A DNA stretch of 64,000 nt. Source: Vulcanimicrobiota bacterium. GTDB taxonomy: Bacteria > Vulcanimicrobiota > Vulcanimicrobiia > Eremiobacterales > Eremiobacteraceae. The translations under genes were made by a program, and so were the position numbers. The stretch is taken from assembly GCA_963812135.1 (NCBI GenBank), contig CAWETU010000001.1:2016001-2080000 (forward strand). The letters run 5' to 3'. A model generated the notes under the pieces. The model was not told the origin of the DNA and made no database searches. It saw only the letters and a program-made list of their open reading frames with translations. Below, one piece after another: positions 22,980 to 33,918 of this stretch. Positions within the stretch are counted from its first letter, which is position 1, and each line of letters opens with the position of its first letter.

Positions 22980-24079
22980 TCGTTGCCGAGCGCGCGTTTG
23001 ACTTTCTTGAAAAGGTTCGGTTCTTGGATCTCTTCACCGCCGGCTTTGGCGTATGATTCGAGCAGTTCGCGCTGCTTGCGCGTCAGGCGCGAAGGCACGA
23101 CGACATTGATGTCGACGATGAGATCGCCGCGGCCGCTCGCGCGGAATCGCGGCAGACCGCGACCCGGAATGCGAAAGCGCGTGCCGCCCTGCGTACCGGC
23201 AGGCAGCTCGAGCGATGCGGCGCCGTCAAGGCCTTCCACCTCGAGCCGTGCGCCCAGCGCCGCCTGCGTGAACGACACGTCCGTGTCGCAGTGCAGATCC
23301 GCGCCGTCGCGTTCGAAGGTGTCGTGCGGCTCCATCGCGAGAAAGACGTACAGATCGCCGCTCGGCGCGCCGCGCTCGCCGGCCTCGCCCAACCCGGCGA
23401 AGCGCAAACGCGTGCCCTCATCCACGCCGGCGGGCACCTTGACCGAAAGCTTCTTCTTCAGCTCGCGCCGCCCGCGACCGCGACATGATTTGCATGGATC
23501 GGTGATGACGCCGCCCGAGCCGCCGCAGCGCGGGCAAACGCCTGTCGTCACGAACTGCCCGAGCATCGTGTTTCGCATGGACCGCACTTGACCGCTGCCC
23601 CGGCACTGCGGACACGTCGTGGGCGCGCTCTTGTCGGCCGAGCCGGTGCCCGCGCAGACGTCGCAGCGGCCCAGATGCGTGTAGGTTATCTCGTGTTCGG
23701 CGCCCGTCATCACATCGTCGAGCGTGACGGAAAGGTCGTAGCGCAGGTCGGCACCGCGTTGCGGCTGCGTTCGCCCGCGTTGACCGCCGAAGAACGCTTC
23801 GAAGAGATCGCCGAATGGCGCGAAGTCGCCGAAGTTAGGCACGCCCTGCGTGTCCGTGTGGCCGAACCGGTCGTATTGCGCCCGGCGCTGGATGTCCGAG
23901 AGCACGACGTACGCCTCGTTGATCTCTTTGAACCGCGTTTCCGCCGCGCCCTTATCGCTCGCGCCGACGACGTCAGGGTGATGGCGGCGTGCCAGATCGC
24001 GATACGCGCGCTTGATCTCCGCATCCGTCGCGGTGCGGGAGACCCCGAGCACTTCGTAATAGTCGCGTTTGACCGGCAC
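22976..24079 (-). CDS. dnaJ: Chaperone DnaJ
   Basis: J-domain HPD motif and four CxxCxGxG repeats. Confidence 0.98.
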   Translation of the reverse strand: MPVKRDYYEVLGVSRTATDAEIKRAYRDLARRHHPDVVGASDKGAAETRFKEINEAYVVLSDIQRRAQYDRFGHTDTQGVPNFGDFAPFGDLFEAFFGGQRGRTQPQRGADLRYDLSVTLDDVMTGAEHEITYTHLGRCDVCAGTGSADKSAPTTCPQCRGSGQVRSMRNTMLGQFVTTGVCPRCGGSGGVITDPCKSCRGRGRRELKKKLSVKVPAGVDEGTRLRFAGLGEAGERGAPSGDLYVFLAMEPHDTFERDGADLHCDTDVSFTQAALGARLEVEGLDGAASLELPAGTQGGTRFRIPGRGLPRFRASGRGDLIVDINVVVPSRLTRKQRELLESYAKAGGEEIQEPNLFKKVKRALGNE

Positions 24080-24081
24080 TG

Positions 24082-25161
24082 TTAGACTTGCGCTTCGTCT
24101 TGGAAGAGCGTATTGAGACTCTCAGCCACGTGGTTGACGAGCGCGAGCAGCCGAGCGTACTGCATGCGCCGCGGACCTAAGATGCCGAGCGCGCCCGCGT
24201 TGCGGTCGCCCACTCGATACGGCACGGTCACGACGCTACACTCGTTCATGTCTGCACTCCCGAGCTCGCGCCCGATGCTTACCGTCGCGCCTTCGTGCTG
24301 CAGCGATTCTTGCAGCCACCGATAGATCGTCTGCTGGTCCTCCAGTAGCTCGAGGATCGCGCGCAGCTTGCGGAAATCGCGGAACTCTTGCTGGTCGAGC
24401 AGGTTGTTCGCACCGCCCGAGAACAAGCGCCGATCGATCTCGGCGTCGCCATGTTCTGCGACGATGCCGGCGATCGCGCGCAGCAGGTCTTGGGGCAACG
24501 CTGTCTCGCGCGCGAGCTCCGCGAGCGTGCCGCTCGATATATCGCTCAGCCTGCGGCCGGCGAGGCGGGCGTTGAAATTGTTGCAGGCGCGCGTGAGTTG
24601 ATCGGGATCGACGTCGGTGGCGACTTCGATGGTCGCTTGCGCGGCGATGCCGAGATTGGTGACGAGCACGACGTGCACGTGGCGCGCGTTCACCCAGATG
24701 AGCTGCAAGTGTCGAAACGTCTGGCTGTCGAGCCGCGGCGCGACGGCGAACGCGATGTTGCGCGTCAGGTTGGAGAGCACGTGCGACGCGTGGTCGACCG
24801 CGCTGTCGAGCTGCGTCCGCGCACGATGGATCTCGGTGTTGATCAGCTCGCGCTCTTCCGCGCTCAGTATCTCGGGTTGGATGAGACGATCGACGTAATA
24901 GCGATAACCGCGATCCGATGGAACTCGCCCAGCTGAGGTGTGCGGCTGGTCGAGGTAGCCTTCGTCTTCGAGCGCGGCCATCTCGGCGCGCACGGTCGCG
25001 GGGCTGACTCCGAGATTGTATTTTTGGGTGAGCGTCGCCGACCCGACCGGCTCGCCGGTCGCGATGTATTCGTACACGACGGTACCCAGGATCGAGTGCT
25101 TCCGACGGTCCAGCTGCGGACCATCCGGCGGGGCAGGTTTCTTCTTCTCTTCTTTTGCCAT
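24082..25161 (-). CDS. hrcA: Heat-inducible transcription repressor
   Basis: SPATVRAEM, QPHTSAGRVPS and LGPRRMQY motifs. Confidence 0.97.
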   Translation of the reverse strand: MAKEEKKKPAPPDGPQLDRRKHSILGTVVYEYIATGEPVGSATLTQKYNLGVSPATVRAEMAALEDEGYLDQPHTSAGRVPSDRGYRYYVDRLIQPEILSAEERELINTEIHRARTQLDSAVDHASHVLSNLTRNIAFAVAPRLDSQTFRHLQLIWVNARHVHVVLVTNLGIAAQATIEVATDVDPDQLTRACNNFNARLAGRRLSDISSGTLAELARETALPQDLLRAIAGIVAEHGDAEIDRRLFSGGANNLLDQQEFRDFRKLRAILELLEDQQTIYRWLQESLQHEGATVSIGRELGSADMNECSVVTVPYRVGDRNAGALGILGPRRMQYARLLALVNHVAESLNTLFQDEAQV

Positions 25162-25187
25162 TAGCAGTCAGCACAGGAGAGTGCTAA
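25161..25187. promoter_or_regulatory. CIRCE operator abutting the hrcA start codon
   Basis: TTAGCAGTC-N9-GAGTGCTAA, one mismatch to TTAGCACTC-N9-GAGTGCTAA. Confidence 0.93.
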
Positions 25188-25304
25188 TCCTCGGATACGC
25201 CGCCACGAGGACGCACCCCTCCCGCGGGACGGTTTCATCCGCGGCTCATGCGCTTCTCACGCGGCTTTCCGGCGGCTTGGAGCTGCCGGCGAGACAATAG
25301 GACC

Positions 25305-26240
25305 ATGTTCCGCGCTGTCACCATCGCAACGTTGCTCTCGTTCTTCTCGGGCTGCGCGCTCGCGGGCGCATCGGCTGCCAACGACGCGCCAGCTTCGATC
25401 GTGTCCGGCGGCATCACGCGTGACTATTTCGTGCACGTGCCGGCGTCGTACGATGCGACCCGCCCGACCGCGCTCGTTCTCATCTTTCACGGTGGCGGCG
25501 GCGAAGCGCGTGGCATGGCTCGCCTTTCCGGCATGGACGACGTGTCCGATCGTCACGGTTTCATCGCGGTGTACCCGCAGGGCATCAACCGCCAGTGGAA
25601 AGATGGGCGCACCCAAGTCTTGAGCGGCAATGACGACGTCGCGTTTATCTCGTCGTTGATCAGTGCGCTCGAAACAAGATACCGCATCGACCCGAAACGC
25701 GTCTACGCGACCGGCATCTCGAACGGCGCCTTCTTCTCGTTCCGGCTCGCATGCGACTTAGGCAGTGAGATCGCAGCCATTGCACCGGTCGCCGGATCAA
25801 CGCCGGTCGGCTTTCACGACGCGTGCAAGAGCCAACCCGTTTCGGTGCTCATGATCAACGGCACTGACGATAAACTCGTGATGTTCGACGGCGGCCGCGT
25901 CGGCGGGCCGTTCGTCAATCAGGGCGAGTCCATTCCGGTCGCGCAGACGTTCGCGCAGTGGTTGAAAACCGACGCCTGCTCGGCGCCGCCACGCCAAACG
26001 ACGCTCCAAGATGCGGATCCGTTGGATGGCACGACGACGATGGTGCAAGCGTACGACCGCTGCCGCGAGGGTTCTGCGGTGTGGCTTTACACGATCGAGG
26101 GCGGCGGCCACACCTGGCCCGACGGGCCGCAGTATCTTCCGAAATCGATCATCGGAAAAGTCAGCTATGACTTTGACGCGAGCGAGACGATCTGGCAGTT
26201 CTTCGAATCGCATCCAGCACGCCAAGCCGTCACATATTAA
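25305..26240 (+). CDS. Exported esterase, PHB depolymerase/LpqC family
   Basis: FHGGGG, VYATGISNGA and GGGHTWP motifs; signal peptide. Confidence 0.9.
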   Translation: MFRAVTIATLLSFFSGCALAGASAANDAPASIVSGGITRDYFVHVPASYDATRPTALVLIFHGGGGEARGMARLSGMDDVSDRHGFIAVYPQGINRQWKDGRTQVLSGNDDVAFISSLISALETRYRIDPKRVYATGISNGAFFSFRLACDLGSEIAAIAPVAGSTPVGFHDACKSQPVSVLMINGTDDKLVMFDGGRVGGPFVNQGESIPVAQTFAQWLKTDACSAPPRQTTLQDADPLDGTTTMVQAYDRCREGSAVWLYTIEGGGHTWPDGPQYLPKSIIGKVSYDFDASETIWQFFESHPARQAVTY

Positions 26241-26363
26241 CCTTTCTTCATTATTCGTCCCGTAATGTGGCACAAACGCTTGTTCGTAGCTGCTACTAGC
26301 TGTAAGCTGTTTGGGACACGGCGGCTTCGTGGAACGTTAAGTGAACGACGGAGGTTCTGCGAG

Positions 26364-26594
26364 TTGAAGAAATACGAATGCGGACGGTGCTCGTACTCCT
26401 GCGATGGATTGCAAGAGTTCGGCGATCATCCGTGTTTGGGAACGAACCCCGTGCTTGCGTCGCTCAGTCGCGTGTTCTATTTCCCGGATTTCAAAATCGA
26501 CCTGAGAGCGGTCGTCAGAGAGAGCATCCAGAAGGCCCGGCTCCGCCTTGCCGTAGACGGCATCGAAGACTCGCTGCGACGGGGCGAGCTCTAA
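26364..26594 (+). CDS. Small hypothetical protein with a putative zinc finger
   Basis: GGAGG at 26350-26354, TTG start, YECGRC...HPC pattern. Confidence 0.5.
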   Translation: MKKYECGRCSYSCDGLQEFGDHPCLGTNPVLASLSRVFYFPDFKIDLRAVVRESIQKARLRLAVDGIEDSLRRGEL

Positions 26595-26598
26595 GCGG

Positions 26599-27855
26599 TC
26601 AGGCGTCGGCCGCGCCCTTCTTGAGAGAGAACACCACTTGGTCCCATTGCCACAGTCGCTGAAAGAACTCGCGAGCGCCATCGCGTTCGCCTGACTCGAG
26701 GCAGATTTCTTCGATCGTGCGCTTGCCATCGATCGCGGCCAATAACCGCTCCTCGCGCGCGTCGATTGGCAGATAGAGATCGTTGTCCGTGTGGTTGCGG
26801 TTGATGACCACGGCCGACGCTCCCGTAGGAAGCCGGTCTCGGTCTCGCACCGCAAGCGTATCGGGTAAGCGAATCGGCGTGTAACCAAGCCACTCGTCGC
26901 CAGCGAAATCGACCGACGCGTCCTTTGATGGTCGATCCGCTCTATATGCCACGACGCTGTGACGGACCATGGTGCCACGGAACAGTTCCATGACGGCGTA
27001 TTGCTCGTGCGGCGGCAGTGCAGTGAGCTTTGCCGCATGCGGTGTCGACATAATCGCGCCGCACGAAGGAAGGTACGGCGCCTGGCGCACCCAGCGCCCG
27101 AACTGCAAATCGGCGCGAGCGAGGAACTCCATAAGCTGTGGAACCGAGTACGCTCGGTCCTGAGGATGAAGCAGTGCGTCGGCAACGCCATCGGCGTTTG
27201 CAAAGTCTGGCGATGCGCGTAGGAGCGGCGCAAGCGGATGGTCCGCCGGGAGGGCGCGCAGCGTAGCCGCGAGCTCGCGGATCTCTGATGTGGTCGAGCC
27301 GATGCGCAGGCGGCGACAATACTCTTGAAGCATGTAGACGCCCGCTCGACCGTAGGGCGCGTAGACCATCAGGCTGATCGCGCCGGCCGGCTGGAGCACG
27401 TCGCGCAACGCTCGCAGACCTGCATCGGGGTCGACCAAGTGATGCAGCACGCCGGTGCATACCACGTGCTCGAACGACCGTCCAAGTTCGGCGACGCGCT
27501 CCACTGGGAGCTCGTGCACTTCGAGATTGTCGAGCGCATGCTTGCGCTTCAACTCGCGCGTGTGCGCGATGCTTGTCGCGCTTACATCGATTCCGATCAC
27601 TTCGGCGCGAGGCCAGCGCAGTGCGTAATGCGCTGCCTGGATCGTACCGCAGCCGGCCACAAGTATGCTTCGGTCTTCGCGGTAAGGCTCGGCGGGCCAA
27701 AAGAGATATGCTTCGACGCGACGGCGCTGGTCATCCCACGAACGGCGATATGCTTCGAGGTCGTCTATGGGCGGCGGGTAGGGGTGATTTTCATAGAATG
27801 CGCTCACCTGCGCGGCGATTGCATTGTCTGAGCCTTCCATGCTCCGTTGATTCAA
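26599..27855 (-). CDS. Class I SAM-dependent methyltransferase with C-terminal extension
   Basis: LVAGCGT, GIDVS and CTGVLHHL motifs. Confidence 0.9.
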   Translation of the reverse strand: MNQRSMEGSDNAIAAQVSAFYENHPYPPPIDDLEAYRRSWDDQRRRVEAYLFWPAEPYREDRSILVAGCGTIQAAHYALRWPRAEVIGIDVSATSIAHTRELKRKHALDNLEVHELPVERVAELGRSFEHVVCTGVLHHLVDPDAGLRALRDVLQPAGAISLMVYAPYGRAGVYMLQEYCRRLRIGSTTSEIRELAATLRALPADHPLAPLLRASPDFANADGVADALLHPQDRAYSVPQLMEFLARADLQFGRWVRQAPYLPSCGAIMSTPHAAKLTALPPHEQYAVMELFRGTMVRHSVVAYRADRPSKDASVDFAGDEWLGYTPIRLPDTLAVRDRDRLPTGASAVVINRNHTDNDLYLPIDAREERLLAAIDGKRTIEEICLESGERDGAREFFQRLWQWDQVVFSLKKGAADA

Positions 27856-27897
27856 TTAGGTCCTTAAAAAAGCTCTGTGGGTCGGAACAAAATGCGA

Positions 27898-27920
27898 AGG
27901 GGCGCGCCGAGCGCGCCCCT
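27898..27920 (-). terminator. GC-rich hairpin after the sulfatase gene (possible terminator)
   Basis: AGGGGCGCGC-CGA-GCGCGCCCCT; weak U-tract. Confidence 0.5.
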
Positions 27921-27946
27921 CCACGTCCGTTCGCCGAATGCGAATC

Positions 27947-29464
<1,518 letters not shown>

Positions 29465-29558
29465 TTTGGCCTTTCCTTATGGTTAGGTGGTCAGAGTTAG
29501 AGTCCGAGGGGCTTCGTCAAAGGCGTTTCGTACCTTCGTTAAAGTCCTTAATAATAGG

Positions 29559-30314
29559 TCATACCTGCGAGGAGTCTTTGGGTTTGAGTTCAGCGCGTAG
29601 GCCCTCACCCAGCGTCGTATGCGCCTTTTCGCCCGCTTTGAGCTCAGCGGGTTCCCAGGGTTCCCACTCTTCCCAGCCGAGCGCCTGCGCGGTCAACCGG
29701 AAGCCGAACCCAAAGATCCACGCGATGCCAGTCGACACGATGACCGACAACCCCATGGCATCTTTGAGGATCAGATAGAGCGCCGCAGTCATCGCTGCGG
29801 TGAGCACGAAGAACCCGCCTCGAACCAGCTGCTGCGGAATCACGCCGCACGAAATATCGATTATATATCGTCCGCCGGTGGTGCCAATCACGCCAATCAG
29901 AATCGCCGCGCCGTATCCCAGGTGGGCCGTGACGGCTGCGTCCGCTCCGACGATCGCATACCACGGCAGCGAGAATGCCGTCATAAACTGGAACAGGCCG
30001 TCCTGGAACTTTATCTCGGCACGCAGGGTGATGAGCAGTGCCACTCCCGCGGCTGCGAAGCACGCGATCAGATACCAAGGATTTACGAGTGGCGACGGTA
30101 CCTTGTTGAGGAGTACGTCGCGCAAAACGCCGCCGCCGATTCCTCCGGCGTATGCCAGCAGGAGGACGCCCACCATAGTGAAGTGCTTGTAATGGCTCGG
30201 CCTACGAGCCAAGAGCGCACCGTTAAACGCGTTGGTCGTCGCAGCGATCAGGTCGATGTAGCCGAGCGTCCCAAGCGTCAAGAATCCGAACTGGGTGAGG
30301 ATGAGCGGCGTCAT
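29559..30314 (-). CDS. TRIC/UPF0126 (YadS-like) membrane protein
   Basis: GIGGGVLRDVLL and GTTGGRYIIDI twin repeats. Confidence 0.88.
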   Translation of the reverse strand: MTPLILTQFGFLTLGTLGYIDLIAATTNAFNGALLARRPSHYKHFTMVGVLLLAYAGGIGGGVLRDVLLNKVPSPLVNPWYLIACFAAAGVALLITLRAEIKFQDGLFQFMTAFSLPWYAIVGADAAVTAHLGYGAAILIGVIGTTGGRYIIDISCGVIPQQLVRGGFFVLTAAMTAALYLILKDAMGLSVIVSTGIAWIFGFGFRLTAQALGWEEWEPWEPAELKAGEKAHTTLGEGLRAELKPKDSSQV

Positions 30315-30315
30315 G

Positions 30316-31176
30316 CTATGCTTTCGAAGCCCCCGCGGCCGGCGCGGCCGAACGATGGAAATAGATGCGGAAGATGACAGTCACCACGAATTGTATGATG
30401 AGATAGGTCAGTACGGCGGCGCCGACGAGCGTACCCGGAAAGCTCGCCGTGGCAATCACTGCACACGACCCGACGTTGCGCAGTGCCGTCGCGATACTGA
30501 GCGTCCGCCGATACTCGAGCTCCGGACCACCAAGCAGCCAACCAGTGAAAACCGCGAGAATCGAGATGACGAGCGCCGCAAGCATGCCATGCGAACCATA
30601 GACAGACGAAACGGATTCGACGATCGTCTTCCCAAGCAAGACGAGCAGCGCGATCACCGCCAATGCGAACAGCACGGTGAGCGGACGCTGCAGCTTCTCG
30701 GCGAGCGCCGGAGCTCGATCCGCCACGAGCATCCCTATCAGCAGCGGCACGAGTTGGAAGACAACAAGCGTCACCACGAGCTGCACGGCCGGCAGATGGG
30801 CTTGCGCGTCCGGCGGGAGCACGAGGCGAGCGGTCAGCGGGATCGTGATGATGGAAAGCGCTGGCATGATGAACGCGAGCGCCGCCGCGAAGCCAAGACT
30901 GCCGCCAGACTTGCGCGCCGCCGCTCGCACCAAAAACGGGACGCCGGGCGCAATGGCCATCAGCAAGATACCGATCGCGATGTCGCCTTCCACATGGAAT
31001 AAGCGCACGGTGACGACACCGAACAACGGAACGATGATGAAATTCGCAAGCACGGCGCGTGCGATCAGGCCGAAGTCTTTCAGCGCCGCCATGAGATGCG
31101 CGCGGTTGATCTCCATCCCCGCGCCCAGCATCAGCGAGACGAGCATCACGACCGCGATGATCTTCTGCGGACTCAT
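30316..31176 (-). CDS. Bile acid:sodium symporter (BASS) family transporter
   Basis: ANFIIVP, APGVPF and ALRNVG motifs; about 9 TM helices. Confidence 0.88.
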   Translation of the reverse strand: MSPQKIIAVVMLVSLMLGAGMEINRAHLMAALKDFGLIARAVLANFIIVPLFGVVTVRLFHVEGDIAIGILLMAIAPGVPFLVRAAARKSGGSLGFAAALAFIMPALSIITIPLTARLVLPPDAQAHLPAVQLVVTLVVFQLVPLLIGMLVADRAPALAEKLQRPLTVLFALAVIALLVLLGKTIVESVSSVYGSHGMLAALVISILAVFTGWLLGGPELEYRRTLSIATALRNVGSCAVIATASFPGTLVGAAVLTYLIIQFVVTVIFRIYFHRSAAPAAGASKA

Positions 31177-31283
31177 CCACACGCTCCTTAACTCTACGAG
31201 CTGAGGCATTCGTCAGGTCCCCGCCATTCCCGCGCGGATTCTCAAAAAGTAATAGATGCGACCTCGCACCTACGAATAGCCGG

Positions 31284-33191
31284 CTATCTAAGGAAGGCCG
31301 AGACCTCTTCGAGCGAGTGGACGCGCCGGGCCGGCGGCAGCGATGCCATGATGCGCCTGCCATACGCCATCGTCTCCAGCCGCCCGTCGAGCACGCACAT
31401 CAGCCCCTTGTCCGAGCGGCTGCGGATGAGCCTTCCGAGGCCTTGTTTGAGCCGCGTGATCGCGGCAGGCACCATGAGCGCGTCGAACGATCCGACGCCG
31501 CGCGCTTCCAGCATTTGCGCGCGCGCCGCGATGATGGGGTCGTCGGGCGGCGGGAACGGGATGCGGTCGATGATGACGCACGACAGCGCTTTGCCGATCA
31601 CGTCGACGCCTTCCCAAAACGATGCGGTTGCGAACAGTACCGGGTGCTCCTCGGCCCGGAACCACTCGAGGATCTGCGATTTGGGCGATTCGCCCTGCAC
31701 GCGGTATGGGAAGGGAAGCGTCGGCCCTAGCGTCGCGGCGACCTCGCGCATCACCGCATACGAGGTGAAGAGCACAAATGCGCGGCCCTGGGTGGCGTGA
31801 AGCACGCCGTCGATGATCTGCGTCGCGCGTTGCGCGAAACGCGGATCCTTCGGGTTCGGCTTTTCAGGCGGCAGATAGAGCATCGCCTGTCGTTCGAAAT
31901 CGAACGGCGACTCGAGCGCAAGCTCGTCAACCGGCGTGTTGTCGAGCCCGACCTGGCGCTTGAGATAGTCAAACGTGTCTCCCGTGGCGATCGTGGCCGA
32001 CGTCATGACGACGCTGCGCGTGTTGTCGAAGAGCCGTTCGCGCAGGGTCGGCGCGACCGTCACCGGCGCGCAGATCGCCGCGTATGAATCTCGCCGCTCG
32101 CTCTCGCGCTCGACCCAGCAGATCCAACCGTCCAGGTTGAGCCGCAGCCGCTCGATCGTCTGAGCCGTCGCGGAGACCGAGGCCGCGAGCAGATCGCGGC
32201 GGCGTTCGAGTGCGGCCTCGCCCAGCTGCGGGAACCGCGCGGCGCGCGACCAGTTCTCGGCGATCCAGTTCTCGACGCGATAGAGCGCGCGCTGCAGCGG
32301 ATCCATCAGCTCGATGGCGCGCGGATTCTTCTCCAGTGGATACCGGCCGGCCGGCCCGTCGGCGAGCGCAGCGCTGAAGTCGTCGGCCGCCGCAGCGAGC
32401 TCATCGCGTAGCAACTCTTTGAAGATGTAGGCGCGGTCGATCTTCTGCAGCAGCCGGCCGACGATCGCGCGCGAGAGCGATGATGAGAATGCGGCCGTCG
32501 CCCATTCTTCGATCTGGTGTGCTTCGTCGAGCACCGCGTAGTCGTACGGCGGGATCAGGCCGCCGCCGCTCGCCAGGTCGATGAAGAAAAGCGCGTGGTT
32601 GACGACGACGATGTCGGCGTGCCGCGCGCTTTCGCGGGCACGCATGTGGAAGCAGCGCTCGGGGCCGAAGAACTGGCATGCTTCCATGATGCAATCGTCG
32701 GCGTCGGTGTCGACCTCGCGCCACAATGCGTCCGGCGGGATGAAGTCAAGCTCCGCGCGATCGCCGGTATCCGTGTGGCCGGCCCAACGGAACAGCTTGC
32801 GATCGTGCTCGCCATGCGCGAGGACGAGACGCTTACGCAGCGTCTCCAACTTGTCGCGGCACAAATAGTTGTGCCGGCCTTTGAGCACGACGACGCGCGC
32901 TTCGCTGGCGAGCGCGTCGAGGATCATCGGGATGTCTTTGGTCAGCAGCTGCTCTTGCAGCGCGAGCGTGGCCGTGGAAATGACGATGCGCTGGCCCGAC
33001 AGCAGGGCGGGCACGAGGTAGCCGAGCGACTTGCCCGTGCCGGTGCCGGCTTCGACCATGACGTGGACGTGTTCGAGCAGCCCGCGATTGACGAGTTTGG
33101 CCATGCCGATCTGCGCCGGCCGGCATTCATAGCCCGGTAGCGTGCGTGCGACAAGGCCACCTGGGCCGAGTACATCCTCGATCGTCAGCAT
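31284..33191 (-). CDS. DinG/YoaA-family Fe-S ATP-dependent helicase
   Basis: EAGTGTGKS, DEAH, SAT, FWEGVD and QGLGRLIR motifs; four Fe-S cysteines. Confidence 0.95.
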   Translation of the reverse strand: MLTIEDVLGPGGLVARTLPGYECRPAQIGMAKLVNRGLLEHVHVMVEAGTGTGKSLGYLVPALLSGQRIVISTATLALQEQLLTKDIPMILDALASEARVVVLKGRHNYLCRDKLETLRKRLVLAHGEHDRKLFRWAGHTDTGDRAELDFIPPDALWREVDTDADDCIMEACQFFGPERCFHMRARESARHADIVVVNHALFFIDLASGGGLIPPYDYAVLDEAHQIEEWATAAFSSSLSRAIVGRLLQKIDRAYIFKELLRDELAAAADDFSAALADGPAGRYPLEKNPRAIELMDPLQRALYRVENWIAENWSRAARFPQLGEAALERRRDLLAASVSATAQTIERLRLNLDGWICWVERESERRDSYAAICAPVTVAPTLRERLFDNTRSVVMTSATIATGDTFDYLKRQVGLDNTPVDELALESPFDFERQAMLYLPPEKPNPKDPRFAQRATQIIDGVLHATQGRAFVLFTSYAVMREVAATLGPTLPFPYRVQGESPKSQILEWFRAEEHPVLFATASFWEGVDVIGKALSCVIIDRIPFPPPDDPIIAARAQMLEARGVGSFDALMVPAAITRLKQGLGRLIRSRSDKGLMCVLDGRLETMAYGRRIMASLPPARRVHSLEEVSAFLR

Positions 33192-33318
33192 GCGAACAGG
33201 TGTTCGTTTCGAGAGGGTCTGGGCCGGGACCCTTGAGTTGCGGATGATAACTAGGCCGACTCAGTCTGGCTCGCGAAACGGCCGCCTTCGAGTTCCCTTC
33301 ATCTCTTGGAGGACTGCA

Positions 33319-33627
33319 ATGCGTTCAATCGCCATCCTCACGTGCGCGTTCATCTTAGCGACCGTCGCCATAGCCGTCACGTCATCGCAGGCCAGCGCGG
33401 ACACGTACACTGGTCATGTGACACACGTTTCGACCGGCAATATCAAGGTCAAAGACAGCAGCGGCAAGGAGCTCAGTTTCCTTCTCGCGCCCTCGTTCGA
33501 TCAGATCTTCTCATCGGATGGGAAGACGACGTATCAGATGAAGGACATCACACCGGGCAGACACGTCAAGATCGTGTATCACCAGCAGCTTGGCATCCGC
33601 TACGCGGACAAGATCATCTTCTTATAG
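33319..33627 (+). CDS. Small exported hypothetical protein
   Basis: GGAGG RBS, signal peptide ending ASA, beta-rich mature part. Confidence 0.75.
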   Translation: MRSIAILTCAFILATVAIAVTSSQASADTYTGHVTHVSTGNIKVKDSSGKELSFLLAPSFDQIFSSDGKTTYQMKDITPGRHVKIVYHQQLGIRYADKIIFL

Positions 33628-33651
33628 CCGTAAGGACTCAGCAAAAGCGCG

Positions 33652-33861
33652 CTAGATCTCATCCCAGTCGCGTTTTTGTTTGCGCCGGCGCTCGGCTTTT
33701 CGCTTGCGCTCGGCCAGCGTCTCGCTCACCCGAACCTGCGTGTTCACCGGCAACGTCGGCCGGACAGCACGACGGCGCTGCGCCTCGATCTTCTGCTTGA
33801 TCTCCGTCAGGCGCTTGGCGCTCGCTTTCTTCGGGTTTTTCCGCTTCTTGCTGCGCGACAT
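33652..33861 (-). CDS. Small very basic hypothetical protein (69 aa)
   Basis: MSRSKKRKNPKK...RDWDEI fills the gap between convergent/divergent neighbours. Confidence 0.55.
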   Translation of the reverse strand: MSRSKKRKNPKKASAKRLTEIKQKIEAQRRRAVRPTLPVNTQVRVSETLAERKRKAERRRKQKRDWDEI

Positions 33862-33918
33862 GCGCGCGGCTTTTCGGGCCGGAGGCGCGCGCGCCTGCCC
33901 GTGAGAATAGACCGGGCG

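Noticed and set aside
26331..26356. Second ECF-like promoter GGAAC-N17-GGTT
   Set aside because: It overlaps the putative RBS, is too close to the TTG start, and has an imperfect -10.
31217..31228. GTCCCCGCCA-like tRNA-end fragment at the edge of the BASS/sulfatase block
   Set aside because: Too short, with no matching partner or tRNA at the other end.
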